DNA from: Squalus acanthias
Taxonomy: Eukaryota
NCBI GenBank assembly: GCA_030390025.1
Contig: JASTWF010000355.1
Location: forward strand, 1-64,000
Reading direction: 5' to 3'
Length of the DNA stretch: 64,000 nt
Each line of letters opens with the position of its first letter. Within the stretch, counting starts at the first letter, position 1. The notes beneath the pieces are model-generated. The model saw only the letters and a list, made by a program, of their open reading frames with translations. It was not told where the DNA came from and did no database searches. The position numbers and the translations under genes were made by a program. Positions 50,661 through 64,000 of the stretch are shown in pieces.

Positions 50661-53030
50661 TTCACAGTGTATCCGGATCCTGCCAGGTGTGTATGGGGTT
50701 TCACAGTGTATCCGGATCCTGCCAGGTGTGTATGGGGTTTCACAGTGTATCCGGATCCTGTCATGTGTGTATGGGGTTTCACAGTGTATCCGGATCCTGC
50801 CTGGTGCGTATGGGGTTTCACTGTGTATCAGGATCCGGCCAGATGTGTATGGGATTTCACAGTGTATCCGGATCCTGCCAGGTGTGTATGGGGCTTCACA
50901 GTGTATCAGGATCCTGCAAGATGTGTATGGGGTTTCACAATGTATCAGGATCCTGGTAAGTGTGTATGTGGTTTCACAGTGTATCAGGATCATGCCTGGT
51001 TTGTATGGGGTTTCACAGTGTATCCGGATCCTGCCAGGTGTGTATGGGGTTTCACATTGTATCAGGATCCTGCCAGGTGTGTATGGGGATTCACAGTGTA
51101 TCAGGATCATGCCTGGTTTGTATGGGATTTCACAGTGTATCCGGATCCTGCCAGGTGTGTCTGGGGTTTCAAAGTGTATCCGGATCCTGCCAGGTGTGTA
51201 TGGGGTTTCACAGTGTATCAGGATCCTGCCAGGTGTGTATGGGGATTCACAGTGTATCAAGATCCTGCCAGGTGGATATGGGGTTTCATAATGTATCAGG
51301 ATCCTGCCAGGTGTGTATGAGGTTTCACAGTGTATCAGGATCCTGCCAGGTGTGTATGGGGTTTCACAGTATCAGGATCCTGCCAGGTGTGCTTGTGGTT
51401 TCTGTGTATCAGGATCCGGCCAGGTGTGTATGGGCTGTTCAAAGGGTATCTGGAATATGCCAGTTGTGTATGGGGTTTCACAGTGTATCAGGATCCTGCC
51501 AGGTGTGTATGGGGTTTCAAAGTGTATCAGGATCCTGCCAGGTATGTATGGGGTTTCACAGTGTATCAAGATCCTGCCAGGTGTGTATGGACTTTCACAG
51601 TGTATCTAGATCCTGCCAGGTGTGTATGTGGTTTCACAGTGTATCAGGATCCTGCCAGGTGTGTATGGATTTTCACAGTGTATCAGGAACCTGCCAGGTG
51701 TGTATGGAGTTTCACAGTTTATCAGGATCCTGCCAGGTTTGTATGGAGTTTCACAGTGTTTCAGTATCCTGCCAGGTGCGTATGGGGGTTCAAAGTATAT
51801 CAGGATCCTGCTCGGTGTGTAATGGGTCTCACGGTGTATCAGAATTCTGCCAGGTGTGTATGGGGGTTCAAAATATATCAGGATCATGCCAGGTGTGTAT
51901 GAGGTTTCACCGTATATCAGGATCCTGCCAGGTGTGTATGGGGTTCACTGTGAATCAGCATCCTTCCAGGTGTGTATGGGGTTTTAAACAGTGTATCAGG
52001 ATCCTGCCAGGTGTGTATGGGGTTTCCCAGTGTATCAGGATCATGCCAGGTGTGTATGGTGTTTCACAATTTATCAGGATTCTGCCTGATATGAATGGGG
52101 TTTCACAGTGTATCAGGATCCTGCCAGGTGTGTATGGGGTATCACAGTGTATCAGGATCCTGACAGGTGTCTATGGGGTTTCACAGTGTATCAGGATCCT
52201 AGTAGATGTGTATGGTGTTTCACAGTTTATCAGGATCCTTTCAGGTGTGTATGGGTTTTCACAGTGTATCAGGATACTGTCAAGTGTTTATGGCGATTCA
52301 CAGTGTACAAGCATCCTGGGAGGTGTGTATGGTGTTTCACAGTGTATCAGGAGCCTGCCAGGTGTGTATGGGGTTTCACAGTGTATCAGGAGCCTGCCAG
52401 CTGTGTATGGGGTTTCACAGTATATCAGGATCCTGCCAGGTCTGTATGGGGGTTCATAATATATCAGGATCATGCCAGGTGTGTATGGGGTTTCACCGTA
52501 TATCAGGATCCTGCCAGCTGTGTATGGGGTTCACAGTGAATCAGCATCCTTCCACGTGTGTATGGGCGTCTCACAGTGTATCAGGATCCTGCCAGGTGTG
52601 TATGCGGTTTCCCAGTGTATCAGGATCCTGCCAGGTGTGTATGGTGTTTCACAATTTATCAGGATTCTGCCTGGTATGAATGGGGTTTCACAGTGTATCA
52701 GGATCCTGCCAGGTTTGTATGGGGTATCACAGTGTATCAGGATCCTGCCAGGTGTGTATGGGGTTTCACAGTGTATTCGGATCCTGCCAGGTGTGTATGG
52801 GGTTTCACAGTGTATCAGGATCCTAACAGATATGTATGGGGTTTCACAGTTTATCAGGATCATGTCAGGTGTGTATGGGTTTTCACAGTGTATCAGGATA
52901 CTGTCAAGTGTGTATGGCGATTCACAGTGTATCAGGAGCCTGCCAGCTGTGTATGGGGTTTCACAGTATATCAGGATCCTGCCAGGTCTGTCTGGGGTTT
53001 CACAGTGTATCAGGATCCTGCCAGGTGTCT
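50660..53030. repeat. 39-bp satellite array 2
   Basis: Directly visible. Confidence 0.96.
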
Positions 53031-55985
53031 GACTGAGCTGCACTCTCTGTTCGGTCTGAACTGTGGGCCCCGCCGTTGTCAGTTAATTTAAATAGTATTG
53101 GGCACCAAACGCTTCAGTGAGTGAAAACAGCGCGCGTTATTGTCAACAAATAAAAGCATACGGAGTGAGAAAGGATCACATTCGTACCCCTGTCTGACTG
53201 AACTTTAAATTATACAATAGGGAAAAGGCGCCGCGGGTCCACAATGGGGTAAAGCCCCAGAGTTCGTGTTCCTGCTTTCTGTCCCGCAACCGCTTTGAAC
53301 TGTGTCTGTGGGGAGACTGGGGGAGACCAGGAGTGGGATTAACCCTGAAATCCCCGGTGTAAAATGGACTGTCCTCAGTCACAGTCTGAGCCCACACTCA
53401 CAGAATAGCCGCAAAACCGAGGCTGGAGAGCAAATCAGACCGCGGGAAATAGGCTTTAGAGAGGAAGAGAAAGGGGAAAAATGGAATAAAACACAGAAAT
53501 GAAGCTTAGAAGCTACATTAACCTTACCTCGATCGTGCAATGATTTTCTGTCTCTGTATTTCCGTGTAGATTTTGCGAGTTACATCCTTGTTATTTCACT
53601 AGAACCGATCCTGAAGAAGTTCCTTGTCTGATTTTAGCAAGTCACAAATTGTGAATTTGATTTGCTCCTTGTTCTCTGAGACTCCGAGCTCCGCCCTCTG
53701 TGTGAAAGCTGCTGTCCGCCCTCAGGGTGGATTTCAACTCAAACATTCCTCATTTGCTTCAGAACAGGGAGCGGCCTTTCTGGCCAAATCAAATCCAAGC
53801 GGTTTGACAATTCGCTGCCACCTCACCTGTAAACAAAGTTAGTTATAAAATTCACTTCATCTCTTGTTCCAGTGAAGTTCAGTAAAACAGAGATTGAAAA
53901 AAGTGCCGGGGGCCTGCCACCTGTTAATATTTTGAGTAATTACCTTTAATATAAAGATCATTAATTGGTTTCCTCCTGTCTGTGTGAAAGGTAAATTCAG
54001 CCTGAAACCGATTTCCGTTTAAAACATTCTTGAAGCTTGTTTCTCTCTAAAGGGATCAGTCTGTCTGATTTTTCGGCCAGTTTGACAGTAACCGCCTCAT
54101 TAACGTGAGTTTATTTCATCATAAACACAAGTCCCTGCTGCATTCTCTCACCTAATTCACATGCGTTCCTGACTGAGTTAAACAGTGATTTCTCGGTTAT
54201 GCAGCATTTCATTATTACAATTAATTGGGGACAAGTTTATTATCTCCGAAGTTGCTCCGATCGAGTGACGGGATCGCCTTCAGTCCGGACTCAGGTAACC
54301 AGAGGCTGATTTTCCAGGTGCTCGGCACAGAGCGATAATCGGCCAGTGCGAATGTGTTAACCCTTTACTGAGCTGAACTTGAGTTCGGTCTGAACTGCTG
54401 GTCCCGCCTTTAATCAGTTAAATAAAACTGTGCTGGTCACCAAACGGTTCAGTGAGTAAAAGTCCGCACTGAGTTCCAAGGACCAGGTTCCCAGCTCTGT
54501 TTACTGAACTGCAAATTCTAACATGGGAAGGAGGAGCGGCTGGACTTGGCTGGGTTAAATCCTCAGAGTTCGTGTTCCAGCTTTCTGTCCCGCAACCGAT
54601 TTAAACTGTGTCTGTGGGGAGACTGGTGGAGACCAGGAGTTGTATTAACCCTGAAATCCCCGGTGTAAAATGGACTGTCCTCAGTCACAGTCTCAGCCCA
54701 CACTCACAGAATAGCCGCAACACCGAGGCTGGAGAGCAAATCAGACCGCGGGAAATAGGCTTTAGAGAGGAAGAGTAATGGGAAAATGGAAGAATAAAAC
54801 ACAGAAATGAAGCTTAAAGGGTACATTAACCTTACCTTGATCCACAAGAATATTCTGTCTCTATTTCCGTGTAGATTTTGCTAGTTATATCCTTGTTATT
54901 TCATTACAACCAATCAGGTAGAAGTTCCTTGTTTGATTTTAGCAAGTCAGAAATTGTGAATTTGATCTGTTCCTTGTTCTGTGAGGCTCAGAGCTCCGCC
55001 CTCTGTGAGAAAGCTGCTGCCCGCCCTCAGGGTGGATTTCAACTCAAACATTCTTCATTTGCTTCAGAACAGGGAGCGGCCTTTCTGGGCAAATCAAATC
55101 CAACCGGTTTGACAATTCGCTGCCGCTTCACCTGTGAACAAAGTTAGTTATAAAATGCTTTGCCTTCTTGTTCCTGGGAAGTTTAGTAAACCAGACACAT
55201 GGTTAGAAATACATTTTTACATTTCCATCTGGGACATTGTTTGCTCAAAGTCTAATCGAATTGCTGATGTTTATGCTTTGAGCCCAGTTTTCCAGAGCCA
55301 GTGTCTTCGCAGCGAGCTGAAGGAAGGCTATTTCTGTCCATGAGGACATTAACCATTTAACCGACTAATTAAATTATCCCCGAGCATCAATCGCCTCAGC
55401 TACTGGGGGAATCAGTACTGACTTTCCACAGTTACATTTATCATTGTGAATCTGCAGCAGATACACCGGTTGCATTGTTAGACACAGAAAGGACCATTCC
55501 TGTGCTGTAGTCGGTACAAGGTTGGATTGTCCTCCAATTCAGGGTGGTTCTCAGACAGTACTAAATAGCCCCACCCCGGGATGGAAGTGTCTGAAGAGAG
55601 AAACTGTTTGAAGACACATTGTGGTGATAATTCCGGGGGGAGGATTGCCATATATTTTCTCTCTCTCATATCTACTCTGCTTTTTAACCAGGATTAAGAA
55701 TTCACTCCGGCCTGTCGCACAGCCTGAAGAGGCAGACCCCAACATCCCCCAATATTTGTCTTCCTATGATCATCCCCGCCATACATCTTAACTTTATTGC
55801 TAATTAATATCTATCGTTAATTAAGCTGACAGCTATATATTATAACGAAACATTCATACGAACAAGTTCGTCTCACTAAATTCACTGTTAAATGAACATT
55901 GCGGGAAATTGCGGCGTTTAAAATGATAGAAGTACCAAAAGTGCAGATACAGAGAGTGATTTCCCCTGGTGGGAGATTCCAGATT
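53029..55985. repeat. Segmental duplication: two tandem copies of the ~1.3-kb unit (53029, 54365) plus the block shared with 50175-50660
   Basis: Recurring actgagctgNact...ggtctgaac start motif and a triplicated QGGFQLKHSSFASEQGAAF ORF. Confidence 0.9.
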
Positions 55986-58900
55986 CACAGTGTATCAGGA
56001 TCCTGCCAGGTGTGTATAGGGTTTCACAGTGTATCAGGATCCTGCCAGGGGTGTAGGGGGGTGTAGGGGGTTTCACAATGTATCAGGATCCTGCCAGGTG
56101 TGTATGGGGTTTCACAGTGTATCAGGCTCCTGCCAGGTGTGTATGGGGTTTCACAGTGTATCATAATCCTGCCAGGTGTGTATGGGGTTTCACAGTGTAT
56201 CTGGAACCTGCCAGTTGTGTATGGTGTTTCACAGTTTATCAGAATCCTGCCAGGTGTGTATGGGGTTTCACAGTGCATCCGGATCCTGCCAGGTGTGTAT
56301 GGGATTTCACAGTATATCAGGATCCTGCCAGGTGTGTATGGGGTTTCACAGTGTATCAGGATCCTGCCAGGTGTGTATGGGGTTTTCACAGTGTATCAGG
56401 ATACTGTAAGGTATGTGGGGTTGCACAGTTTATCAGGATCCTGCAAGGTGTGTATGGGGTTTCACAGTGTATCAGAATCCTGCCAGGTGTGTATGCGGTT
56501 TCACAGTGTATCAGGATACTGCCAGGTGTGTATGAGGTTTCACAGTGTGTCAGGATCCTGCCAGGTGTGTATCGGGTTTCACAGTGTATCCGGATCCTGC
56601 CAGGCGTATATGAGAAGCACAGTGCATCAGGATTCTGCCAGGTGTGTATGGGTTTTCACATTGTATCAGGATGCTGCCAGGTGTGTATCGGGTTTCACAG
56701 TGTATAATAATCCTGCCAGGTGTGTATGGGGATTCACAGTTTATCAGGATCCTGCCAGCTGTGCCTGGGCTTTCACAATCTATCCGGATCCTGCCAGTTG
56801 TGTATGGGTTTTCACAGTGAATCAGGATACTGCCAGGTGTGTATGGGTTTTCACAGTCTATCAGGATCCTGCCAGGTGTGTATGGGGTTTCACAGTCGAT
56901 CACGATCCTGCGAAGTGTGTATGTGGATTCACAGTGCATCAGGATCCTGCCAGGTGTGCATGGGGATTCACAGAGCATCAGGATCCTACCAGGTGTCTTT
57001 GGGGTTTCACAGTGTTTCAGGATCCTGCCAGATATGAATGGGGTTCCACAGTGTATCAGGATCCTGCCAGATGTGTATGGGATTTCACACTGTATCAGCA
57101 TCCTGCCAGGTCTCTTAAGGGTTTCAAAATATATTGGGATCTTGCCGTTTGTGTTTGGTTTTTCACAGTGTATATGGATCCTTCCAGGTTTGTGGGGGTT
57201 TCACAGTGTAGCAAGAAGCTGGCGGATGTCTGTCGGGGTTTAACAGTGTATCAGTTTTCTGCGAGGTGTGTATGGGGTTTCACAGTGCATCTGGATACAG
57301 CCAGGTGGGTATGTGGTTACACAGAGTATCAGTATCCTTCTATTTGTGTATGTGGTTTCACAGTGTATCAGGATTGTGCCATGTTTGTATGGGAATTTCA
57401 CAGTGTTTCAGTATCCTGCCAGGTCTGTATTTGGTTTCACAGTGTATCAGGATCCTGCCAGGTGTGTATGGGGTTTCACAGTCCAGTAGGACCCTGCCAG
57501 TTGTTTATAGGGATTCACTGTGTATCAGGACCCTGCCAGGTATGTTTGGGGTTTCACAGTGTATCAGGGATCTGCCAGTTGTGGTTGGGTTTTCACAGTG
57601 TATCAGGATCCTGCCAGTTATGTAAGGTGTTTCGCAGTCTATCAGGATCCTGGCTGGTTTCTATGGGGTTTCACAGAGTATCAGGATCCTGCCAGGTTTA
57701 TATGGGGTTTCACAGTGTTTCAGTATCCTGCCAGGTCTGTATTTGGTTTCACAGTGTATCAGGATCCTGCCAGGTGTGTATGGGGTTTCACAGTGTATCA
57801 TAATCCTGCCAGGTGTGTATGGGGTTTCACAGTGTATCTGGAACCTGCCAGTTGTGTATGGTGTTTCACAGTTTATCAGAATCCTGCCAGGTGTGTATGG
57901 GGTTTCACAGTGCATCCGGATCCTGCCAGGTGTGTATGGGATTTCACAGTATATCAGGATCCTGCCAGGTGTGTATGGGGTTTCACAGTGTATCAGGATC
58001 CTGCCAGGTGTGTATGGGGTTTTCACAGTGTATCAGGATACTGTAAGGTATGTGGGGTTGCACAGTTTATCAGGATCCTGCAAGGTGTGTATGGGGTTTC
58101 ACAGTGTATCAGAATCCTGCCAGGTGTGTATGCGGTTTCACAGTGTATCAGGATACTGCCAGGTGTGTATGAGGTTTCACAGTGTGTCAGGATCCTGCCA
58201 GGTGTGTATCGGGTTTCACAGTGTATCCGGATCCTGCCAGGCGTATATGAGAAGCACAGTGCATCAGGATTCTGCCAGGTGTGTATGGGTTTTCACATTA
58301 TATCAGGATGCTGCCAGGTGTGTATCGGGTTTCACAGTGTATAATAATCCTGCCAGGTGTGTATGGGGATTCACAGTTTATCAGGATCCTGCCAGCTGTG
58401 CCTGGGCTTTCACAATCTATCCGGATCCTGCCAGTTGTGTATGGGTTTTCACAGTGAATCAGGATACTGCCAGGTGTGTATGGGTTTTCACAGTCTATCA
58501 GGATCCTGCCAGGTGTGTATGGGGTTTCACAGTCGATCACGATCCTGCGAAGTGTGTATGTGGATTCACAGTGCATCAGGATCCTGCCAGGTGTGCATGG
58601 GGATTCACAGAGCATCAGGATCCTACCAGGTGTCTTTGGGGTTTCACAGTGTTTCAGGATCCTGCCAGATATGAATGGGGTTCCACAGTGTATCAGGATC
58701 CTGCCAGATGTGTATGGGATTTCACACTGTATCAGCATCCTGCCAGGTCTCTTAAGGGTTTCAAAATATATTGGGATCTTGCCGTTTGTGTTTGGTTTTT
58801 CACAGTGTATATGGATCCTTCCAGGTTTGTGGGGGTTTCACAGTGTAGCAAGATGCTGGCGGATGTCTGTCGGGGTTTAACAGTGTATCAGTTTTCTGCG

Positions 58901-61535
58901 AGGTGTGTATGGGGTTTCACAGTGCATCTGGATACAGCCAGGTGGGTATGTGGTTACACAGAGTATCAGTATCCTTCTATTTGTGTATGTGGTTTCACAG
59001 TGTATCAGGATTGTGCCATGTTTGTATGGGAATTTCACAGTGTTTCAGTATCCTGCCAGGTCTGTATTTGGTTTCACAGTGTATCAGGATCCTGCCAGGT
59101 GTGTATGGGGTTTCACAGTCCAGTAGGACCCTGCCAGTTGTTTATAGGGATTCACTGTGTATCAGGACCCTGCCAGGTATGTTTGGGGTTTCACAGTGTA
59201 TCAGGGATCTGCCAGTTGTGGTTGGGTTTTCACAGTGTATCAGGATCCTGCCAGTTATGTAAGGTGTTTCGCAGTCTATCAGGATCCTGGCTGGTTTCTA
59301 TGGGGTTTCACAGAGTATCAGGATCCTGCCAGGTTTATATGGGGTTTCACAGTGTTTCAGTATCCTGCCAGGTCTGTATTTGGTTTCACAGTGTATCAGG
59401 ATCCTGCCAGGTGTGTATGGGGTTTCACAGTCCAGTAGGACCCTGCCAGTTGTTTATGGGGATTCACTGTGTATCAGGACCCTGCCAGGTATGTTTGGGG
59501 TTTCACAGTGTATCAGGGATCTGCCAGTTGTGGTTGGGTTTTCACAGTGTATCAGGATCCTGCCAGTTATGTAAGGTGTTTCGCAGTCTATCAGGATCCT
59601 GGCTGGTGTCTATGGGGTTTCACAGAGTATCAGGATCCTGCCAGGTTTATATGGGGTTTCACAGTGTTTCAGGATCCAGCCAGGTGTGTAAGGGGATTCA
59701 CATGGTATCGTAATCCTGCCAGGTGTGTACAGGGGTTCACAGTGTATAAGGATACTCCCAGTTGTGAATGGGGATTCACTGTTTATCAGGAGCCTGCCAG
59801 GTGTGAAAAGGGTTTCACAGAATATTTTGGATCATGCCAGTTGTGGACGGGTTTTCACAGTATATCAGGAACCTGCCAGGTGTGTATGGGGTTTCAAAGT
59901 GTATGAGGATCGTGCCAGATGTGTATGGGGTTTCACAGTGTTTCAGGATCCTGCCAGGTGTGTATGGGGTTTCACAGTGTTTCAGGATCCTGCCAGGTGT
60001 GAATGGGGTTTCACAGTGTATCAGGATGCTGCTAGATGTGTATGGTGTTTCACAGTGTGTCAGGATCCTGCCAGGATTGTACCGTGTTTCACGGTGTCTG
60101 AGGATCCTGCCAGGTGTGTCTGGAATTTCACAGTTCAACCGGGTCCTGACAGGTGTGAATGGGGATTCTGAGTGTATCAGGATCCTTTCAGTTATGTATG
60201 CAGTTTCGCAGTGTATCAGGTTCCAGACAGGTGTGTATGGGGTTTCACAGTGTATCAGGATCCTGCCAGATGTGTATGGTGTTTCACAGTGTATCAGGTT
60301 CCAGCCAGGTGTGTATGGGGTTGCACTGTATATCAGGATCCTGCCAGGTGTGTATGGGGTTTCACAGTGTATCAGGGTCCTGCTGGATGTTTTTGGGATT
60401 TCAGAGTGTATCCTGTTCCTTCCAGGTTTATATGAGGTTTCACTGTGCATCAGGATCCTGCCAGGTGTGTATTGGGTTTCACATTGTACCAGGGTCCTGC
60501 TAGATGTGTTTGGGATTTCAGAGTGTATCCTGTTCCTTCCAGGTGTATATGAGGTTTCACTGTGTATCAGGATCCTGCCAGGTGTGTATGGGGTTTCACA
60601 GTCTACCAGGGTCCTGCTAGATGTGTTTGGGGTTTCACAGTGTATCCTATTCCTTCCAGATGAATATGAGGATTCACTGTGCATCAGGATCCTGCCAGGT
60701 GTGTATTGGGTTTCACAGCCTATCAGGAACCTACAAGTTGTGTAAGGGGCTTCACGCTGTATCGAGTTTTTGGCAGGTGTGCATGGGGTTTCACAATGTG
60801 TCAGAATCCTGCGAGGTGCGTATGGGGAATCATAATGTATCTGGATCCTGCCAGGTGTGTATGGGGTTTCAAAGTGTATCAGGATCATGCCTGCAGTGTA
60901 TGGGGTTTCACAGTGTATCAGTATCCTTCCAGGTTTGTTTGGGCTTTCACAGTGTATCAGGATCATGCCAGGAGTGTATGGGGTTTCACAGTGTATCAGT
61001 ATTCTTCCAGGTTTGTTTGGGGTTTCACAGTGTATCAGGATCATGCCAGGAGTGTATGGGGTTTCACAGTGTATCAGTATCCTTCCAGGTTTGTTTGGGG
61101 TTTCACAGTGTATCAGTATCCTTCCAGGTTTGTTTGGGGTTTCACAATGTATAAGCATCCTGCCAGGTGCGTATAGGATTTCAAATTGTATCAGGATCCT
61201 GCCAGGTGTGTTTAGGGCTTTACTGTATATCAGGATCGTCCCAGGTGTGTTTGGGGTTTCTCAGTATATCAGGATCCTGCCAGTTGTGTATGGGGTTTCA
61301 CAGTGTATCAGGATCCTGCCAGGTGTGTATGGGGTTCCACAGTGTATCAGGATCCTGCCAGGTGTATGTGCGGTTTCACAGTTTATCAGGATGCTGCCAG
61401 GTGTGTATGGGGTTCCTCAGATTATCAGATTCCTTCCAGGGGTTTTTCGGGGTTTCACAGTGTATAAGGATCCTGCCTGGTGTGTATAGTGTTTCACAAT
61501 TTATCAGGAACCTGCCAGCTATATCTGGGTTTTCA
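55984..61535. repeat. 39-bp satellite array 3 with a 1637-bp higher-order duplication
   Basis: Identical derived ORFs at 56176/57813, 56720/58357 and 57266/58903. Confidence 0.96.
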
Positions 61536-61539
61536 TTAG

Positions 61540-64000
61540 AACATAAGAACATAAGAAATAGGAGCAGGAGTAGGCCAATTGTCCCCTCGACCCTGCTCCG
61601 ATATTCAATATGATCATGGCTGATCTGATCCTAATCGCCAATCTGCTATCAGAGAACCATCTCCTGAACCTAACAGAATTGGACACACGAAATAGGAGCA
61701 GGACCAAGCTACACGGCCCCTGGGCCCGCTCCACTACCCACAGGGCCATGAACGATCCGAACCTAGACTCATGTCCAAATTCCTGACGATCCCCGGAACC
61801 CTTAATTCCCTTTACTTCATCGGAAACTGTCTATTTCTGTTTTAAATTTATGTAATGATGTAGCTTCTACAGCTTTTTGGGGCAGCATATTCCATGGACC
61901 TACCACCCTCTGAATGAAGTAGTTCCTTCTCATCTCAGTTTTGAAAGAGCAGCCCCTTATTCTAAGTCTATGCCCCCTAGTTCTAGTTTCACCCATCATC
62001 GGAACATTCTCCCCGCATCCACCCGATCCAAACCCTTCACAATCTTATATATTTCAATAAGATCGCCGCTCATTCTTCTGAACTCCAATGAGTAGAGTCC
62101 CAATCTCCCCATCCTCTCCTCATATGTCCATCCCCTCAAACCAGGATTAACCGAGTGAACCTTCTTTGTACTGACTTAAGAGCAAGTATTAATTTTCTTA
62201 AGTATGGACACCAAAACTGTATGCAGTATTCCAGGTGCGGTCTCACCAATACCCTGTACATCTGAAGCAATACCTCCCTATTTTTATATTCTATCCCCCT
62301 AGCAATGAAAGCCAACATTCCATTGGCCTTCTTAATCACTTGCTGCACCTGCATACTAACCTTTTGAGTTTCGTGCACCAGAACCCCAGCTCCCTTTTAA
62401 CTTCAGTACTTTACAGTTACTTGCCATTAAGATAATAACTTGCTCTACTATTTTTGCTGCCAAAGTGCATGACCACACACTTTCCAGTATTGTATTCCAT
62501 CTGCCAAATATCTGCCCACTTACTTAGCCTGTCTCTGTCCCCTTGCAGATTTTTTATGTCCTCCTCACTCACTACTTTCCCTCCCATCTTAGTATCATCT
62601 GCAAACTTTGATATGTTACACTCGGTCCCCTCCTCCAAACCGTTAATATAGATTGTAAAGAGTTGGGGACCCAGCCCTGACATCTGCGGAACATCACTAG
62701 TTACTGATTGCCAGTCTGATTATGAACCATTTATCCCAACTCTCTGCCTTCTGTTAGATAGCGAATCCTCTATCCATGCCTGAATATTACCCCCAATCCC
62801 GTGATTTTTTATCTTAAGCAATAATATTTTGTGTGGCACCTTGTCAAATGCCTTTTGGAAGTCTAAATACACCACATCCACTGGTTACCCTTTATCCACC
62901 CTGTATGTTACTTCCTCAAAGAACTCCAGCAAATTTGTCAAACAAGACTTCCCTTCATAAAACCATGCTGACTTTGTCCTATTAAATTATGATTATCCAA
63001 ATGTCCCGTTACTCTCTCCTGAATAACGGACTCCAAACTTTTACCTACCACAGATGTTAGGCTAACCGGTCTATAGTTTCCAGCTTTTTGTCCACTGCCC
63101 TTTTTAAATAAGGTTTTTAGATTAGCAGTTTTCCAGTCTGCCGGGATCTTTGCTGAGTCCAGGGAGTTTTGCAAAATTATTACCAATGCATCCACAATCC
63201 CTACCGCCACTTCCCTCAAGGCCCTCGGATGTAAGCCATCAGGTCCAGGTGATTTATCTGACTTGAGTCCCACTATTTAACCGAGTACCACTTCCTTAGT
63301 GATTTTGATCGTGTTTATCTCCTCCCCCCCTATAGCCCCCTGTTTTTCCAGTGTTGGGATATTCTTAGGGTCTTCTACTGTAAAGACTGATACAAAATAT
63401 TCATTCAGTGTATTTGCCATCTCCATATTTCCCACCATTAATTTCCCGGTCTCACCCTCTAAGGGACCAACATTTACTTTAGCCACCCTTTCTCTTTTTA
63501 TATAACTGTAAAAACTCTTACTATCTGTGTTTATATTTTTTGCTGATTTACTTTCATAATCTATCATCCCTTTCTTTATCAATCTTTTTTGTTATTTTTT
63601 GCTGTCTTTTAAAGTTTTCCAAATCCTCTATCCTCCCACTAGATTTGGCTACCTTATAAGCCCTTGTTTTGAGTCGAATACTATCCTTAATTTCTTTACT
63701 TCGCCACGGATGACTGTCTTTTCTTTTACACCCTTTTCTTCTCAGTGGAATATTTTTTTTTGGAAGTTGTAAAATAACTCCTTAAATGTACACCACTGAT
63801 CATGAATCGTATTTCCCTTTAATCTATTTTCCCAAACCACTCTTCTCAATTCCGCTCGCATACCTTCATAGTCTCCTTTATTCAAGCTTAGCACGCTTGT
63901 TTGAGATCCAACCTTCTCACCCTCTAATTGAATATGGAATTTAACCATGTTATGGTCACTGATTCCAAGGGGATCCTTTACTAGGACATTTTTAATTAAT
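61540..64000 (-). mobile_element. Relatively young CR1-type LINE (ORF2 RT and 3' UTR), continuing beyond the window
   Basis: KSPGPDGLHPR, GNYRPVSLTS, QHGFMKG, SKFADDTK and RPHLEYC motifs, with the tail (TTCTTATG)n at ~61540-61556. Confidence 0.95.

Noticed and set aside
50595..61489. ORFs up to 656 aa with zinc-finger-like 'IHCETPY' repeats
   Set aside because: A 13-aa periodic product of the 39-bp satellite. It lacks C2H2 spacing and drifts between frames.
47467..61535. 39-bp monomer contains the perfect V(D)J RSS heptamer CACAGTG
   Set aside because: No ACAAAAACC-like nonamer at 12 or 23 bp on either strand, and no V/D/J segments nearby.

Overview
Repeat-rich vertebrate genomic DNA, very probably from a shark or ray (inferred from the HE1/V-SINE, CR1/HER1-type LINE tails, Penelope and Harbinger relics, and the NLR subtype). 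The one recognisable host gene is a minus-strand, multi-exon NOD-like receptor: a CARD-like N-terminus, a FISNA-like linker, NACHT and the start of the LRR region. Its exons are at 13465-13569, 10627-10793, 7349-7524, 7179-7244 and 1394-3137. Two further upstream exons are possible: a 63-bp-VNTR exon at 20577-21016 and a CpG-rich first exon near 27150-27330. The remaining LRR exons would lie left of the window. Two exons carry clusters of single-base indels that look more like long-read consensus errors than true pseudogenisation. About half of the window is tandem DNA from six minisatellite families (41, 21-27, ~31, 36, 40 and 39 bp units), several with higher-order duplications. A Penelope-like element with a GIY-YIG ORF carries a minimal hammerhead ribozyme at 29810-29847. 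The region 48.2-56 kb is a local segmental duplication with a conserved spliced non-coding exon-like segment and NF-kB-like sites. Nearly all long ORFs in the ORF track within satellites are artefacts.
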